Source: Clostridia bacterium (GTDB lineage: Bacteria > Bacillota > Clostridia > UMGS1883 > UMGS1540). From it: a stretch of DNA of 56,852 bases. The stretch is from positions 1 to 56,852 of the forward strand of contig JAZSDW010000028.1 in assembly GCA_045531355.1 (NCBI GenBank). Direction: 5' to 3'. Positions 1-10,388 of this stretch are shown piece after piece. Position 1 is the first letter of the stretch. Each line of letters opens with the position of its first letter. The position numbers were made by a program, and so were the translations under genes. The notes under the pieces were generated by a model, which had not been told where the DNA came from, ran no database searches, and saw only the letters and a list, made by a program, of their open reading frames with translations.

Positions 1-1460
1 ATGTCTATCCGTCGACGGAGCTTCTCGAAAAGCCAAAACCGAGCAAGCAGGACGGGCCGGAAAACCTGCGCGAAAATGCAAAAAAACTTGTGGATACGCT
101 GAAGAGTTTCGGCGTGGAGGCAAAGGTTTTGGAGGTTACGCGCGGGCCGAGCATCACGCGCTATGAGCTGCAACCGTCGGCGGGCGTAAAGGTCAGCAAA
201 ATCGTAAATCTTGCCGACGATATTGCCTTAAATCTTGCTGCCGTGGGCGTGCGGATTGAGGCACCGATTCCCGGAAAGGCCGCCGTCGGCATTGAGGTGC
301 CGAATAAGAATACGGCCATGGTCACTTTGCGAGAAATGCTGGAAACGCCGGAATTTAAGGACTTTAAAGCGAAAACGGCGTTCGCCGTCGGCAAGGATAT
401 TACGGGGAAAACGACCGTGGCGGACCTGTCGAAAATGCCGCATCTTCTGATTGCCGGCGCGACAGGTTCGGGAAAGAGCGTCTGCATTAACACGCTGATT
501 TCCAGCCTTATCTACAAAGCCTCGCCGAGCGAGGTGCGCCTTTTAATGATTGACCCGAAGGTGGTGGAGCTGAAGGTGTATAACGGCCTTCCCCACCTTT
601 TGATTCCGGTTGTTACCGACCCGAGAAAGGCTGCAGGCGCCCTAAACTGGGCGGTGACCGAGATGCTGCGGCGCTACAAGCTATTTTCTGATTGCAATGT
701 GCGGAATCTCGCCGGCTATAACGAGTATCTTACGAGTGAAGGCGAAAAAACGATGGAAAGCATCATCATCGTGGTGGATGAGCTTGCCGACCTTATGATG
801 GCGGCGCCGCACGAGGTGGAGGACGCGATTTGCCGTCTGGCACAGATGGGGCGCGCGGCGGGGATGCACCTTGTAATTGCAACCCAGCGGCCGAGCGTGG
901 ATGTTATCACCGGACTTATTAAAGCCAATATTCCGTCGCGCATAGCCTTTGCCGTTTCCAGCCAGATTGACAGCCGCACTATTTTGGATATGATGGGTGC
1001 GGAGAAGCTCTTGGGGAAGGGCGATATGTTGTATCTCCCCTTTGGCGCATCTAAACCCGTTCGCCTGCAAGGCGCGTTTGTCTCCGACAGGGAGGTTGAA
1101 AAGCTCGTCGAGTTTGTTAAGGGCGACGAAGAGGCGGAATATGACGAGGAAATTATGGAAAAACTGGAGCATGCCGACTCGCCGGAGGAAGAGGATCCGG
1201 GCGATAGCGACGCCCTTTTAAAAGAAGCAATTGCAATTGTGGTTGAGAGCGGACAAGCTTCCGTGTCGATGATTCAGCGGCGGCTGAAGGTTGGGTATAG
1301 CCGTGCCGGGCGAATTGTAGACCAGATGGAGGCAAGAGGCATTATCGGCCCGCATGAGGGGAGTAAACCTCGGCAGGTGCTCATTACAAAACAGCAGTAT
1401 TATGAAATGACTGTCATGCAAGACGAGGGCGGCGATGGAAAACAGGCGCCGACCGTATAA
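1..1460 (+). CDS. ftsK: DNA translocase FtsK/SpoIIIE, motor plus gamma domains (5' end outside window; frame is open from nt 3)
   Basis: Walker [10 protein letters not shown], Walker [10 protein letters not shown], and C-terminal winged-helix [24 protein letters not shown]. The frame upstream of the tracked Met at 90 stays open and FtsK-like to the window edge. Confidence 0.9.
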   Translation, partial: VYPSTELLEKPKPSKQDGPENLRENAKKLVDTLKSFGVEAKVLEVTRGPSITRYELQPSAGVKVSKIVNLADDIALNLAAVGVRIEAPIPGKAAVGIEVPNKNTAMVTLREMLETPEFKDFKAKTAFAVGKDITGKTTVADLSKMPHLLIAGATGSGKSVCINTLISSLIYKASPSEVRLLMIDPKVVELKVYNGLPHLLIPVVTDPRKAAGALNWAVTEMLRRYKLFSDCNVRNLAGYNEYLTSEGEKTMESIIIVVDELADLMMAAPHEVEDAICRLAQMGRAAGMHLVIATQRPSVDVITGLIKANIPSRIAFAVSSQIDSRTILDMMGAEKLLGKGDMLYLPFGASKPVRLQGAFVSDREVEKLVEFVKGDEEAEYDEEIMEKLEHADSPEEEDPGDSDALLKEAIAIVVESGQASVSMIQRRLKVGYSRAGRIVDQMEARGIIGPHEGSKPRQVLITKQQYYEMTVMQDEGGDGKQAPTV

Positions 1461-1573
1461 AAGGGAGAGCCTATAGAAAAGGATTCGGGCAAAACCCCCC
1501 AATAAAAAAGGAAGCAAAAAGGAAAGAAGCAAGACGCAGTTTTCTGCGTCTTGCTCTTTTTAAGCCCTTTTAT
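1439..1573. repeat. Direct repeat copy A (about 135 bp), covering the last 22 nt of ftsK plus its terminator
   Basis: Near-identical by eye to 1672-1807 (a few mismatches, one small indel). Confidence 0.85.
1528..1561 (+). terminator. Rho-independent terminator of ftsK
   Basis: 12-bp stem agcaagacgcag / ctgcgtcttgct with a tttt loop, followed by a T-run. Confidence 0.75.
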
Positions 1574-1579
1574 TCTATG

Positions 1580-1660
1580 AACAAAATTCGCCGCTCGGCG
1601 TACGCGGGTACGCCGTCGGGTGCCCAGCCCTTTGGGCTGGCTCGTTTTGTCCATTCGGCA
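1580..1660 (+). repeat. Two-hairpin intergenic repeat element, copy 1
   Basis: Hairpins at 1596-1615 (cggcgtac gcgg gtacgccg) and 1624-1640 (ccagccc ttt gggctgg). Alignable to the reverse complement of 17389-17472, with compensatory changes in the stems. Confidence 0.6.
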
Positions 1661-1671
1661 CCCGTTTTCCC

Positions 1672-1807
1672 AAAACAGGCGCCCACCGTATAAAAGGGAG
1701 AGCCATATAGAAAAGGATTCGGGCAAAACCCCTCAATAAAAAAGGAAGCAAAAAGGAAAGAAGCAAGACGCAGTTTTCTGCGTCTTGCTCTTTTTAAGCC
1801 CTTTTAT
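1672..1807. repeat. Direct repeat copy B (about 135 bp)
   Basis: Duplicate of 1439-1573, including a second copy of the terminator hairpin. Confidence 0.85.
1762..1795. terminator. Duplicated terminator hairpin, possibly bidirectional (also downstream of minus-strand gene 1820-2059)
   Basis: Same 12-bp stem as 1528-1555. A T-run follows on the plus strand and a T-rich tract follows on the minus strand. Confidence 0.55.
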
Positions 1808-1819
1808 GTTCAATAAGCT

Positions 1820-2059
1820 TCAGCGTCTTGAGAGAAGAATGTCCAAAAACAGACCAAGCACCAGCCCTTCCGAAAAAAGCGTAACGGCTGTTTGGCAGAT
1901 TTGTTGGGATAAAACGAGGGTGCGATAGGAAATGGCGGGAGGTAGGTACAGATAAACGGCCATTGCCATAAGAAAGAGCGCGGGCACAAAACCGGCAAAA
2001 ACAATCCGGCGCGGCAGGCCGCAAAGGCCGTCCAGCGATAAAAAAAGCTTGCGAAGCAT
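1820..2059 (-). CDS. Small hydrophobic membrane protein (79 aa), function unknown
   Basis: Internal ATG at 2059 is preceded by AAGGAGGG with 7-nt spacing. Two hydrophobic segments are visible. The longer tracked ORF (to 2269) lacks an RBS. Confidence 0.5.
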   Translation of the reverse strand: MLRKLFLSLDGLCGLPRRIVFAGFVPALFLMAMAVYLYLPPAISYRTLVLSQQICQTAVTLFSEGLVLGLFLDILLSRR

Positions 2060-2225
2060 GTCAAAACCCTCCTTTACATTCATTTTACAGGACGGGCGCA
2101 GACAATGCAAGCCTAAAAGTCTGGAAAAAAGGGCAGAAAAAGGTGGCAGAAAAAGAAGGAGACCGCCTTCCTTCGCATTTTCGCGAAAGAAAACGGCCGG
2201 GAGAAAGGGGAAAACACATGAAAAC

Positions 2226-3686
2226 TTAGCTATAGAATAATGGCTCTGGGCGGCCTTCAATGCGGGCACACCAGACGGGGCGTTTTTCGCCGGGCTGCGT
2301 GTCCTCGGTATAGCTTAAGAACAAATCTAAAATCCGGATTTGTTCTTCTTCGCCCTGGAGCTGCGCATACAGACCGTCGATGGCCTGCAGCATCGGAAGA
2401 TTTTCCAGCGGAGCGCCGGAGCCGGAGAAGCGACGCAGAAGGTGTCGGTATACAATGATGCGGCCGTTTTTCACGCGCATCTCTACACCATGCCGCATTT
2501 GCGGCGTGGAAATTGCAATCGGCGTGCCCTCGAAATAATAGTCCATCGTGAAGGTGTAATCCCCTGCCGCGTTTTCGACAAGGTCGGAAGAAATCAGGGC
2601 TTCAAACGGCTGGTCCGGCACAAGGCTTTTCCAGACGCTGGCGGCAAATTCGGCAGCGCCGTTTAAGGAATTATAAAGCGTTGCGGTGCCTTGCGCATCG
2701 GGCAGAATACCAACGCCCTTTTCCTCATCCACGGCATAAAATTCGACGAGACCGTCGGTGCCTACGCTGATGGAGCCGTAATTTTCAACAAAATGCTCTT
2801 TGCCGTCCGTGCCGGTGTGGTGGTTGACGCCGCGCTCGCGATAGCCAAAAACCGAAAGGAGCGCTTCCATATCAGAAGAGCCGGCAATTGGATTTTCACC
2901 GACGATGGCAACGCTACGGCTGGTGCGCGGAGAAATCAGAAGGAGTGGATCCATAACAACCTTCTGGCTTACGCCGCCGCCGATGCCCACTTGACTATCG
3001 TGCAGGTTAAGTTCAAACGCAAAGGAATAATTTTCCGATTCCGCTAAAGCGGAGATACGGTCATAAAGCTCGTTTTTATACGGATAATTGATGTGATATT
3101 TCGTAATGATACCGGTCTGGGCATCGCGCACATACAGAAGGACATCCTGCCCCTGTGCCTCAATCGGTGTTAAAATCAGCTCTCGCAGTGCTGCTTTGTC
3201 AGCTTCAAGCCATGTATATTTCGCACCCGTTACCTCTGCAAAAAGGCGGGGAGAAAACGCGGTGGAATACGAAATATAGATAGATTTGGAGTCGAGCAGT
3301 TCATCATTTCGCAAAACACCGTACCATTCCGACTCAGGCACCTCATTTTTCAAAAACACCAGACTTTCGTCCCGGAGAACGGTGGTAAAAAAATTGCTGA
3401 TTGCGTCATAATACGCCGCGTAGGACGCATCGCTGTTATAATAGACGCTGCGGAATTCGCCGTTCGTAACCACAAGCTTCTGCGGTTTTGCGAGGTTTGC
3501 CATAGGGCTGACATACGGCTGCTCTTTCTTGAAAATTTTTGAAAAAAAAGTGCGCTCCGGAAGGGTCGCGAAAAAATCGTACCCGCGAGGCCAAACGCCA
3601 TTTCCGAACCACACCGTTGCGGCCAGCGCCGTGGCGCTGCAGATAAGCAAGATCAAAATACAAGTTTTCAGCTTTTCTTTCTTCAT
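2226..3686 (-). CDS. Membrane-anchored extracytoplasmic protein (486 aa); YycH-like architecture, tentative
   Basis: N-terminal TM segment CILILLICSATALAATVWF followed by a roughly 450-aa soluble domain. No motif that I can name with certainty. Confidence 0.35.
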   Translation of the reverse strand: MKKEKLKTCILILLICSATALAATVWFGNGVWPRGYDFFATLPERTFFSKIFKKEQPYVSPMANLAKPQKLVVTNGEFRSVYYNSDASYAAYYDAISNFFTTVLRDESLVFLKNEVPESEWYGVLRNDELLDSKSIYISYSTAFSPRLFAEVTGAKYTWLEADKAALRELILTPIEAQGQDVLLYVRDAQTGIITKYHINYPYKNELYDRISALAESENYSFAFELNLHDSQVGIGGGVSQKVVMDPLLLISPRTSRSVAIVGENPIAGSSDMEALLSVFGYRERGVNHHTGTDGKEHFVENYGSISVGTDGLVEFYAVDEEKGVGILPDAQGTATLYNSLNGAAEFAASVWKSLVPDQPFEALISSDLVENAAGDYTFTMDYYFEGTPIAISTPQMRHGVEMRVKNGRIIVYRHLLRRFSGSGAPLENLPMLQAIDGLYAQLQGEEEQIRILDLFLSYTEDTQPGEKRPVWCARIEGRPEPLFYS

Positions 3687-3701
3687 ACCGATTGCCGCCG
3701 A

Positions 3702-4181
3702 TTACCAGCCGCCGAACATGGCGCGGAAATTTGCCGCAAAGCCACGAATACTGTCTAAGAGGCTCTGATCTAAAAGCGTGATATCCAGCCGCACAAGCTG
3801 ATAATTTCCTTCGCCGAGCTCAGCACGGAGAAGGAGCGCGTTTGTTTCCTTAGCAAGATCCACTTCCTGCAAATAAATGCCGCCGGCATTTACATATTTT
3901 ACGAGCGGATTTCCATAGCCGTCCCGCTTCAGGCGGAACACACCGCTTGTGGCATCGTAGCTGTAAAGCGCAACCTCCGCTCCGCTTACACAAACGGCAG
4001 AAAGTGTGTAATTCTGTTTTGTGGTAGAAGAAACGGAGGTTTCCGGCTTCTTCACAGTCATAAGGCCGGAGGCTGTGCCACCGTCATAAGCGCTGACTTC
4101 TTCCGGCGCAGCCAGACAACTAAGGCTGGAGAGGCCGAAAAGAACGGCGCAAAGTATGCAAATAAAAACCTTCTTTTTCAT
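3702..4181 (-). CDS. Secreted protein of unknown function (159 aa)
   Basis: Signal peptide MKKKVFICILCAVLFGLSSLSCLA, and the ORF is the only long frame in this span. Confidence 0.6.
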   Translation of the reverse strand: MKKKVFICILCAVLFGLSSLSCLAAPEEVSAYDGGTASGLMTVKKPETSVSSTTKQNYTLSAVCVSGAEVALYSYDATSGVFRLKRDGYGNPLVKYVNAGGIYLQEVDLAKETNALLLRAELGEGNYQLVRLDITLLDQSLLDSIRGFAANFRAMFGGW

Positions 4182-4336
4182 AACAATAGTCCTTCCCGGT
4201 TGATAGGAGGATTGCCCACCTTTCTTTTTACTGTACCCTTATTATACACCCAGCATATTACAGAACTGTTACATAGCAATATCTTTTGGTTAACATTCTC
4301 GAAAAAGGCGGGGTTTGGGGAAAAAAGCAGAATCCG

Positions 4337-5671
4337 TCAGATTGCCGGCACCGGCGTGGGGCGTCCGGCGTCCCAGACCTCGGAAACCGGGAACAGGTCC
4401 GCCAGCATCTCGGGGTTGTGGTACATTCTGTAGCCGTCCAGATTCCGCCGCCCCTGCCGGAGATATTCGTCCGTCAGCTGCACCCAATAGGGGCTCGAGT
4501 CGACATTGCAGAAATAGCGGTATCCGCATTCGCGGAGAATATTATATTTTTCATTTTCGCTCGTATAGGGCTCAATGCCGGCAATATCCTCGCCGTGCGC
4601 GTAGATGATAATATTGGTGTCACCCAAAATCGGCTGCACCTCATTTTCCCATTTCATCGCATCGGCACGAAGGTCCTCGGCGCTGACCGAGCCGTAAAGC
4701 CGGTGCCCCCAGCTATGGCTCGCAAACACCCAGCCGAGCTCGCGCATTCGGTCTGCTACGGCGCGTGCCTTTTCGATTTCAGCTTCGTCGTAGCCTTCGC
4801 CCGTCGGACAGGTACGGTAGCCCAAGACGCCGTCATATCCGGTAATTGCAAGCGTAGCGCGGGCGCCGCGGTAGGAAAAATCGGGATGTTCTTTAATAAA
4901 GGCTTCCAGAATCGGAACAAGGTCGTAATCCCCGCGGACAATCGTGCCGTCGTCTTTTACATATTCGCAGGTGGGGTACCCGTCATCCCCAATGACAAGG
5001 CGGGCGGCAAATCCGTCCCCGGTCATATACTGATAGTAGCTCACATCGTCCTGGCTGATTACCAGCGGCTTTTTCCCTTCCGGCAGGAGGATTTCGCCGG
5101 GCACCATACGGGTGACGCCGTTTTCGTCTGTCTGGGGCGACGCAATATCGTCGAGATTCACAAGAACAAACCCGCGCTCGTACATAATGCGGAGCATGGC
5201 AGAAAATTCGCTGGTGGTGGTCATATACTGGTTATAACCGTCCTCGGTATATTCGCCGTCAAACGCTTTGGCATTGTCGACAATCAGCGTGTGGAAAAAG
5301 ACATGTGTAACCGCATGCGGGTCTGCCGGCAAAAGGGCGGCTTTCGCTTCCGCAAAGCGGGCGGAGGCAGCAGAAAGGCGTTCGTCTTTCGAAAAGGCTT
5401 CGTGTCCTTCTAAAAGCGCAATGGCCGCGTCATAATCATAGCCGGCCGAAAGCCGCTCGGCATCGGCAAGAACGGCTTCTATCGCGCCGGGCGAAGGCGC
5501 GGGCGTTTCTTTTTGCGGGGCGCCGGTGAAAAGGCGGACAATACCGCGCACGCCGAAAAACAATGCGGCGACTAAAAGCGCCACGACCGTATAAAATATA
5601 ACAAAAAAGATAATTCGCTGTTTCCTTTGCCGCTTCTGGCGCTGGATGCGTTGTTCTTCTGTAAGAGCCAT
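4337..5671 (-). CDS. Polysaccharide deacetylase (NodB homology) family protein, N-terminally membrane-anchored
   Basis: ASHSWGHRLYG His motif and TM segment IIFFVIFYTVVALLVAALFF. Start moved to ATG 5671 (MALTEEQ), which follows GGAGGA. Confidence 0.7.
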   Translation of the reverse strand: MALTEEQRIQRQKRQRKQRIIFFVIFYTVVALLVAALFFGVRGIVRLFTGAPQKETPAPSPGAIEAVLADAERLSAGYDYDAAIALLEGHEAFSKDERLSAASARFAEAKAALLPADPHAVTHVFFHTLIVDNAKAFDGEYTEDGYNQYMTTTSEFSAMLRIMYERGFVLVNLDDIASPQTDENGVTRMVPGEILLPEGKKPLVISQDDVSYYQYMTGDGFAARLVIGDDGYPTCEYVKDDGTIVRGDYDLVPILEAFIKEHPDFSYRGARATLAITGYDGVLGYRTCPTGEGYDEAEIEKARAVADRMRELGWVFASHSWGHRLYGSVSAEDLRADAMKWENEVQPILGDTNIIIYAHGEDIAGIEPYTSENEKYNILRECGYRYFCNVDSSPYWVQLTDEYLRQGRRNLDGYRMYHNPEMLADLFPVSEVWDAGRPTPVPAI

Positions 5672-5882
5672 TTCGATTCCTCCTTTGCTTCTTATTTGCA
5701 AGTGTACCATATTTTATAGAAATTGTCAAGTCCAAACGCGGGCGGGAAAAGGGGAAGAAAAATAAAAAATTTTAGAAAATATATAGGCAATCTCCTTTTT
5801 CTGTGATATAATACAGTTTATAGTATATACCCGGGGGAAGTTCTCGGCCAAGGCCGAAATTAAAACGAAAGAGGAGAAGAAA

Positions 5883-7511
5883 ATGCTTTCAGATATTGAA
5901 ATCGCCCTGGCGGCGAAAATGAAACCTATTTCGGAGATTGCAGAGGAGCTCGGCGTTCGGCCGGAGGAGCTGGAGCCGTACGGGCATTATAAGGCCAAGC
6001 TTTCCCCCGCGCTCTGGGACAGAATTCGAGAAAGGGAAGACGGCAAGCTCGTGCTTGTAACCGCCATTAACCCCACACCCGCGGGTGAAGGGAAAACGAC
6101 GATATCGGTTGGCCTTGCCCAGGCGCTTTGCCGCCGCGGCAAAAAGGCGATTGCGGCCCTGCGGGAGCCGTCACTCGGCCCGGTGATGGGAATTAAAGGC
6201 GGCGCCGCCGGCGGTGGATATGCACAGGTTGTGCCAATGGAGGACATCAATCTCCATTTTACCGGCGATATGCACGCCATAACGGCTGCCAACAACCTCC
6301 TTTCCGCGATGATCGATAACCATATCCAGCAGGGGAATGCCCTTGGGATTGACCCGCGGCGTATCGTTTTCCGCCGGGTGCTTGATATGAACGACCGGGC
6401 GCTTCGCCATGTTACCGTCGGTCTCGGCGGGCCGATGGACGGCGTGCCGCGTGAGGACGGGTTTATGATTACCGTAGCAAGCGAAGTCATGGCCATTTTG
6501 TGCCTCTCCTCGGATTTTGCCGATATGAAAGAGCGGCTCGGGAAAATTGTGGCGTGCTATACCTACGATAAAAAGCCGGTCACAGCGGCCGATCTCGGGG
6601 CGCAGGGCGCAATGGCAGTGCTTCTAAAAGATGCGATAAAGCCAAATCTTGTGCAGACGCTTGAAAATACGCCCTGTATTCTGCACGGCGGCCCGTTTGC
6701 CAATATTGCGCACGGATGCAACAGCATTCTTGCCACGCGCTATGCCTTAAAGCTCGGCGAAATCTGTGTAACCGAGGCAGGCTTCGGTGCAGACCTCGGC
6801 GCCGAAAAGTTTCTGGATATTAAATGCCGTCTTGGCGGCCTTAAGCCCGATGCGATTGTTCTTGTGGCAACACTTCGTGCGCTTCGCTACCATGCGCGGG
6901 AGGATAAATTCGAAAACCTCGGCAAGCACATTGAAAACATGCAAAGCTATGGCGTCCCCGTTTTGGTTGCCGTAAACCGCTTTGCGGACGATACGGACGC
7001 CGAAATCAAAGAACTTTGCGAATACTGTGCGGAAAAAGGCGCGGCGTGCGCGCCGGCCGAGGTGTTCGCAAAAGGTGGCGCGGGCGGCGAAGCACTGTGC
7101 GAAAAGCTTCTTGACATTCTCGAAAATGAGCCGGCAGACTTTTCCGTCCTTTATCCGGACGAAATGCCGCTCCGCGAGAAAATTGAAACGATTGCCGAAA
7201 AAATTTACGGCGCTTCGGGCGTGGACTTTACGCCGGCGGCGCTGAAAAAGCTTTCGGAATATGAAGAGGAAGGCTATGGACAGTATCCGGTCTGCATGGC
7301 AAAAACGCAGTATTCCCTTTCGGACAATCCGAAGCTTTTAGGGCGCCCGCGGGATTTCCGTATCACGGTGCGCGAGGTCAAGATTTCTGCCGGCGCCGGT
7401 TTTGTTGTCGCGCTTACCGGCGAGATTATGACAATGCCGGGGCTTCCGAAGGTGCCGGCGGCCGAGAAAATTGATATAGACAAAAACGGCGTAATAACAG
7501 GCCTTTTCTAG
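5883..7511 (+). CDS. fhs: Formate--tetrahydrofolate ligase
   Basis: Full-length FTHFS-like sequence with nucleotide-binding [13 protein letters not shown] is GAGGAG. An extended -10 (TGaTATAAT) lies at 5804-5812. Confidence 0.93.
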   Translation: MLSDIEIALAAKMKPISEIAEELGVRPEELEPYGHYKAKLSPALWDRIREREDGKLVLVTAINPTPAGEGKTTISVGLAQALCRRGKKAIAALREPSLGPVMGIKGGAAGGGYAQVVPMEDINLHFTGDMHAITAANNLLSAMIDNHIQQGNALGIDPRRIVFRRVLDMNDRALRHVTVGLGGPMDGVPREDGFMITVASEVMAILCLSSDFADMKERLGKIVACYTYDKKPVTAADLGAQGAMAVLLKDAIKPNLVQTLENTPCILHGGPFANIAHGCNSILATRYALKLGEICVTEAGFGADLGAEKFLDIKCRLGGLKPDAIVLVATLRALRYHAREDKFENLGKHIENMQSYGVPVLVAVNRFADDTDAEIKELCEYCAEKGAACAPAEVFAKGGAGGEALCEKLLDILENEPADFSVLYPDEMPLREKIETIAEKIYGASGVDFTPAALKKLSEYEEEGYGQYPVCMAKTQYSLSDNPKLLGRPRDFRITVREVKISAGAGFVVALTGEIMTMPGLPKVPAAEKIDIDKNGVITGLF

Positions 7512-7520
7512 GAGAAAACG

Positions 7521-7928
7521 ATGGAAGTAATTACAAATTCAGCGGCAGAAACCGAAGCGTTTGGCGAAAAACTGGCCGCGCGCTATCCCGCGCCCCACAT
7601 TTTTTGTCTCACCGGGGACCTTGGCGCGGGCAAAACGGCCATGACACGCGGCATTGCGCGTGGGTACGGCTTTTCGGGGCGCGTAACCTCTCCGACCTTT
7701 ACGATTATGCAGGTATATGAAGGAGACGAGACGGTGCACCACTTTGACCTCTATCGCATCGACGAGGAGGAGGAACTGGACGCGATTGGGTTTGACACCT
7801 TTTTAAAGACGGGTATTTCCGTTATCGAATGGCCGGATGCCTTTTATAACCGCATCGGGCCCTGCACAAAAATTACGATTCGCCGCCTTTCTGACACGGC
7901 ACGGCGAATTGAGGAGGAGCAGATATGA
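7521..7928 (+). CDS. tsaE: tRNA t6A37 biosynthesis ATPase TsaE
   Basis: GDLGAGKT P-loop, size of about 135 aa, HFDLYR motif. Confidence 0.85.
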   Translation: MEVITNSAAETEAFGEKLAARYPAPHIFCLTGDLGAGKTAMTRGIARGYGFSGRVTSPTFTIMQVYEGDETVHHFDLYRIDEEEELDAIGFDTFLKTGISVIEWPDAFYNRIGPCTKITIRRLSDTARRIEEEQI

Positions 7929-8341
7929 AATCATTTCGCAAGGAACTATATTTTAACATTCCAAAAAGACGGGCGCTCGTAAATATTACAGACGAGGTGG
8001 CGGCGGCCATCAACGAAAGCGGCATCCGCGAGGGGCTGGTGCTTGTCAACGCCATGCACATTACGGCGAGCGTATTTATCAATGACGATGAGCCGGGGCT
8101 GCATCAGGATTTCGAGGCGTGGCTCGAAACGCTGGCGCCGGAAAAGCCGTACAGCCGCTATGCCCATAACGGCTTTGAGGACAACGGCGACGCACATCTC
8201 AAAAGAACCGTAATGGGGCGCGAGGTCGTCGTCGCGGTGACGGATGGGCGGCTCGATTTCGGCCCGTGGGAACAGATTTTTTATTACGAGCTGGACGGCA
8301 AACGGCAAAAGCGGGTTCTTATCAAAATCATCGGAGCGTGA
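7925..8341 (+). CDS. YjbQ/UPF0047 family (secondary thiamine-phosphate synthase-like) protein
   Basis: Typical YjbQ N-terminus (ITDEV...G...GL..V...HITASV.INDDE) and C-terminal [11 protein letters not shown]. Overlaps tsaE by 4 nt. Confidence 0.8.
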   Translation: MKSFRKELYFNIPKRRALVNITDEVAAAINESGIREGLVLVNAMHITASVFINDDEPGLHQDFEAWLETLAPEKPYSRYAHNGFEDNGDAHLKRTVMGREVVVAVTDGRLDFGPWEQIFYYELDGKRQKRVLIKIIGA

Positions 8342-8346
8342 GAAAA

Positions 8347-9147
8347 ATGGAGATACAAAAAGCGAAGCGTATAGTAATTAAGGTGGGCACTTCCACCTTG
8401 ACGCACGAAACCGGCAGGCTGAATCTGCGGCGGATTGAGCATCTGACGCGGGTGCTTTCCGGCCTTAAAAATATGAACAAGGAAATTATTTTGGTTTCGT
8501 CCGGCGCGGTCGGCGTCGGCATGGCGAAGCTGGATATGAACGCGCGCCCGAAGGAAACGCGGGAAAAACAGGCCGCGGCAGCCGTGGGGCAATGTGAACT
8601 GATGGGCATCTATGGGCGCTTTTTTGCGGAATACGGCTATAAAGTGGCGCAGATTCTTATGACAAAAGATGTTCTCGACCATGCCGAGCGGGAGAAAAAT
8701 GTTGCCGGCACGATTGACACACTTCTTTCCTATGGCGCCATTCCGATTTTTAATGAAAATGACCCGGTTTCGTCCTACGAACTGGAATTTGGCGATAATG
8801 ACACGCTCTCCGCGGCCACGGCCGTGGTGTCCAGAGCGGACCTTCTCATTATTTTGTCGGACATTGACGGGCTTTACGACAGCGACCCGCGCACCTCGGA
8901 TGAGGTGCGGATGATTCGCACGGTACGGGAAATCACGCCGGAAATTGAAAAAATGGCCGGCGGAAGCGCCTCCGGCCTCGGCACCGGCGGTATGGCAACG
9001 AAAATCAGCGCCGCCCGCATCGCCACGGAAAAGGGGATTGATGTGATTATTACAAACGGCGACCATCCGGAGATTTTATATGATATTTTAGAGGGGCGCC
9101 CGGTCGGCACCCGATTTTTAGGACAGGATGTGAAGGCATGCTCGTAG
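8347..9147 (+). CDS. proB: Glutamate 5-kinase (no PUA domain)
   Basis: AAK-family N-terminus RIVIKVGTSTLT. Start set at ATG 8347 (MEIQKAK), just after the yjbQ stop. Confidence 0.88.
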   Translation: MEIQKAKRIVIKVGTSTLTHETGRLNLRRIEHLTRVLSGLKNMNKEIILVSSGAVGVGMAKLDMNARPKETREKQAAAAVGQCELMGIYGRFFAEYGYKVAQILMTKDVLDHAEREKNVAGTIDTLLSYGAIPIFNENDPVSSYELEFGDNDTLSAATAVVSRADLLIILSDIDGLYDSDPRTSDEVRMIRTVREITPEIEKMAGGSASGLGTGGMATKISAARIATEKGIDVIITNGDHPEILYDILEGRPVGTRFLGQDVKACS

Positions 9148-10373
9148 AGATGGGAAAGCGGGCAAAAGCCGCTGCCCGGCGGCTGGCGCTCTGCAGCGAA
9201 GAAGAAAAAAACCGTGCCCTTTTTGAAATGGCGGCAGCGCTTCGAAATAGCGCCGATGCAATTTTATCTGCCAACGCCCGCGATGTGGCGGCGGCAAGAG
9301 CCCGCAAAACGAGCGAGGCGCTTTTAGATCGGCTTTTGTTGACAAGGGAACGGATTGAGGCAATGGCTTCGGACATGGAAGCGGTGGCCGCGCTTACGGA
9401 CCCTTTGGGGGAGGTGCTCGAAACGGTGGAGCGGCCAAATGGCCTTGTCATTCGCCGGGTGCGGGTACCGATGGGCGTTATCGGCATCATTTATGAATCG
9501 CGCCCCAATGTAACTGCCGACGCGGCATCGCTCTGTATCAAAACGGCAAACGCCGTCATTTTAAAGGGCGGGAGCGACGCGCTTGTGACCAACGCTGCCA
9601 TTGCGGCGACGCTTCGCGAGGGGCTTTTTAGGGCAGGCCTTCCGGCGGACGGCGTGCAGCTTGTGGAAAGCACCGACCGCGCGGCGGCAAAAGCGCTGAT
9701 GCAACTGCGCGAATATGTTGACCTGCTTATCCCCCGCGGCGGCGCGGCGCTTATCCGGAGCACGGTAGAAAATGCCACCGTTCCCGTCATTGAAACCGGC
9801 ACGGGCAATTGTCATATTTATATAGACCGTGCGGCAGACCTTGCGATGGGGCGAGAGATTATTGTCAATGCCAAGGCGAGTCGGCCGGGCGTTTGCAATG
9901 CGGCGGAAACGCTTCTTGTGCATAAAGATATCGCAGCAGAATTTCTGCCCGGTGCCTTTGCGGCGCTTTCGGAAAAAGGCGTCCTGGTGCGCGGCTGCGA
10001 AAAAACGAGAACCTTTATCCCGTGCGAGGTGGCGACGGAAGAAGATTTTGCTACCGAATTTTTAGATTATATTCTGGCCGTGCGCGTCGTAGAATCCATA
10101 GAGGAGGCGCTTTTGCATATTGCAGCGTATTCCACGAAGCATTCTGAAGCGATTGTCACGGGCGACCGTGCGGCGGCAGAACAGTTTTTATCGGGAGTGG
10201 ATGCGGCGGCCGTTTATGTGAATGCGTCCACGCGCTTTACCGACGGCGGCGAGTTCGGCCTCGGCGCCGAAATCGGTATCAGCACGCAGAAATTGCACGC
10301 CCGTGGGCCGATGGGGCTGCGGGAGCTTACGACATACCAGTACAGAATAGAAGGAACAGGACAGATTCGATAA
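9138..10373 (+). CDS. proA: Gamma-glutamyl phosphate reductase
   Basis: ProA-like aldehyde dehydrogenase sequence with NAAETLLVH around the catalytic Cys (GVCNAAE). Overlaps proB by 10 nt. Confidence 0.9.
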   Translation: MLVEMGKRAKAAARRLALCSEEEKNRALFEMAAALRNSADAILSANARDVAAARARKTSEALLDRLLLTRERIEAMASDMEAVAALTDPLGEVLETVERPNGLVIRRVRVPMGVIGIIYESRPNVTADAASLCIKTANAVILKGGSDALVTNAAIAATLREGLFRAGLPADGVQLVESTDRAAAKALMQLREYVDLLIPRGGAALIRSTVENATVPVIETGTGNCHIYIDRAADLAMGREIIVNAKASRPGVCNAAETLLVHKDIAAEFLPGAFAALSEKGVLVRGCEKTRTFIPCEVATEEDFATEFLDYILAVRVVESIEEALLHIAAYSTKHSEAIVTGDRAAAEQFLSGVDAAAVYVNASTRFTDGGEFGLGAEIGISTQKLHARGPMGLRELTTYQYRIEGTGQIR

Positions 10374-10388
10374 AAAGGAGGGCGTACA

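Noticed and set aside
1439-1807. CRISPR array or tandem satellite
   Set aside because: There are only two copies of a 135-bp unit (and two of an 80-bp unit at 17279-17604). The repeat lengths are far beyond CRISPR repeats, and there is no cas gene or repeat-spacer periodicity.
4286-5413. Long antisense or alternate-frame ORFs. Examples: 4286-5413 (+), 8284-9066 (-), 37645-38490 (+), 41200-42120 (+), 46749-47303 (+), 48741-49733 (+), 50317-51165 (+), 52717-53973 (-).
   Set aside because: Each lies opposite or out of frame to a gene with clear family motifs. Their Arg/Gly/Ala-rich shadow composition is typical of high-GC coding DNA. No RBS or recognisable motifs were seen.
5813-5882. THF riboswitch or T-box upstream of fhs
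   Set aside because: The leader after the extended -10 is only about 65 nt and shows a single short hairpin. That is too short for either element.
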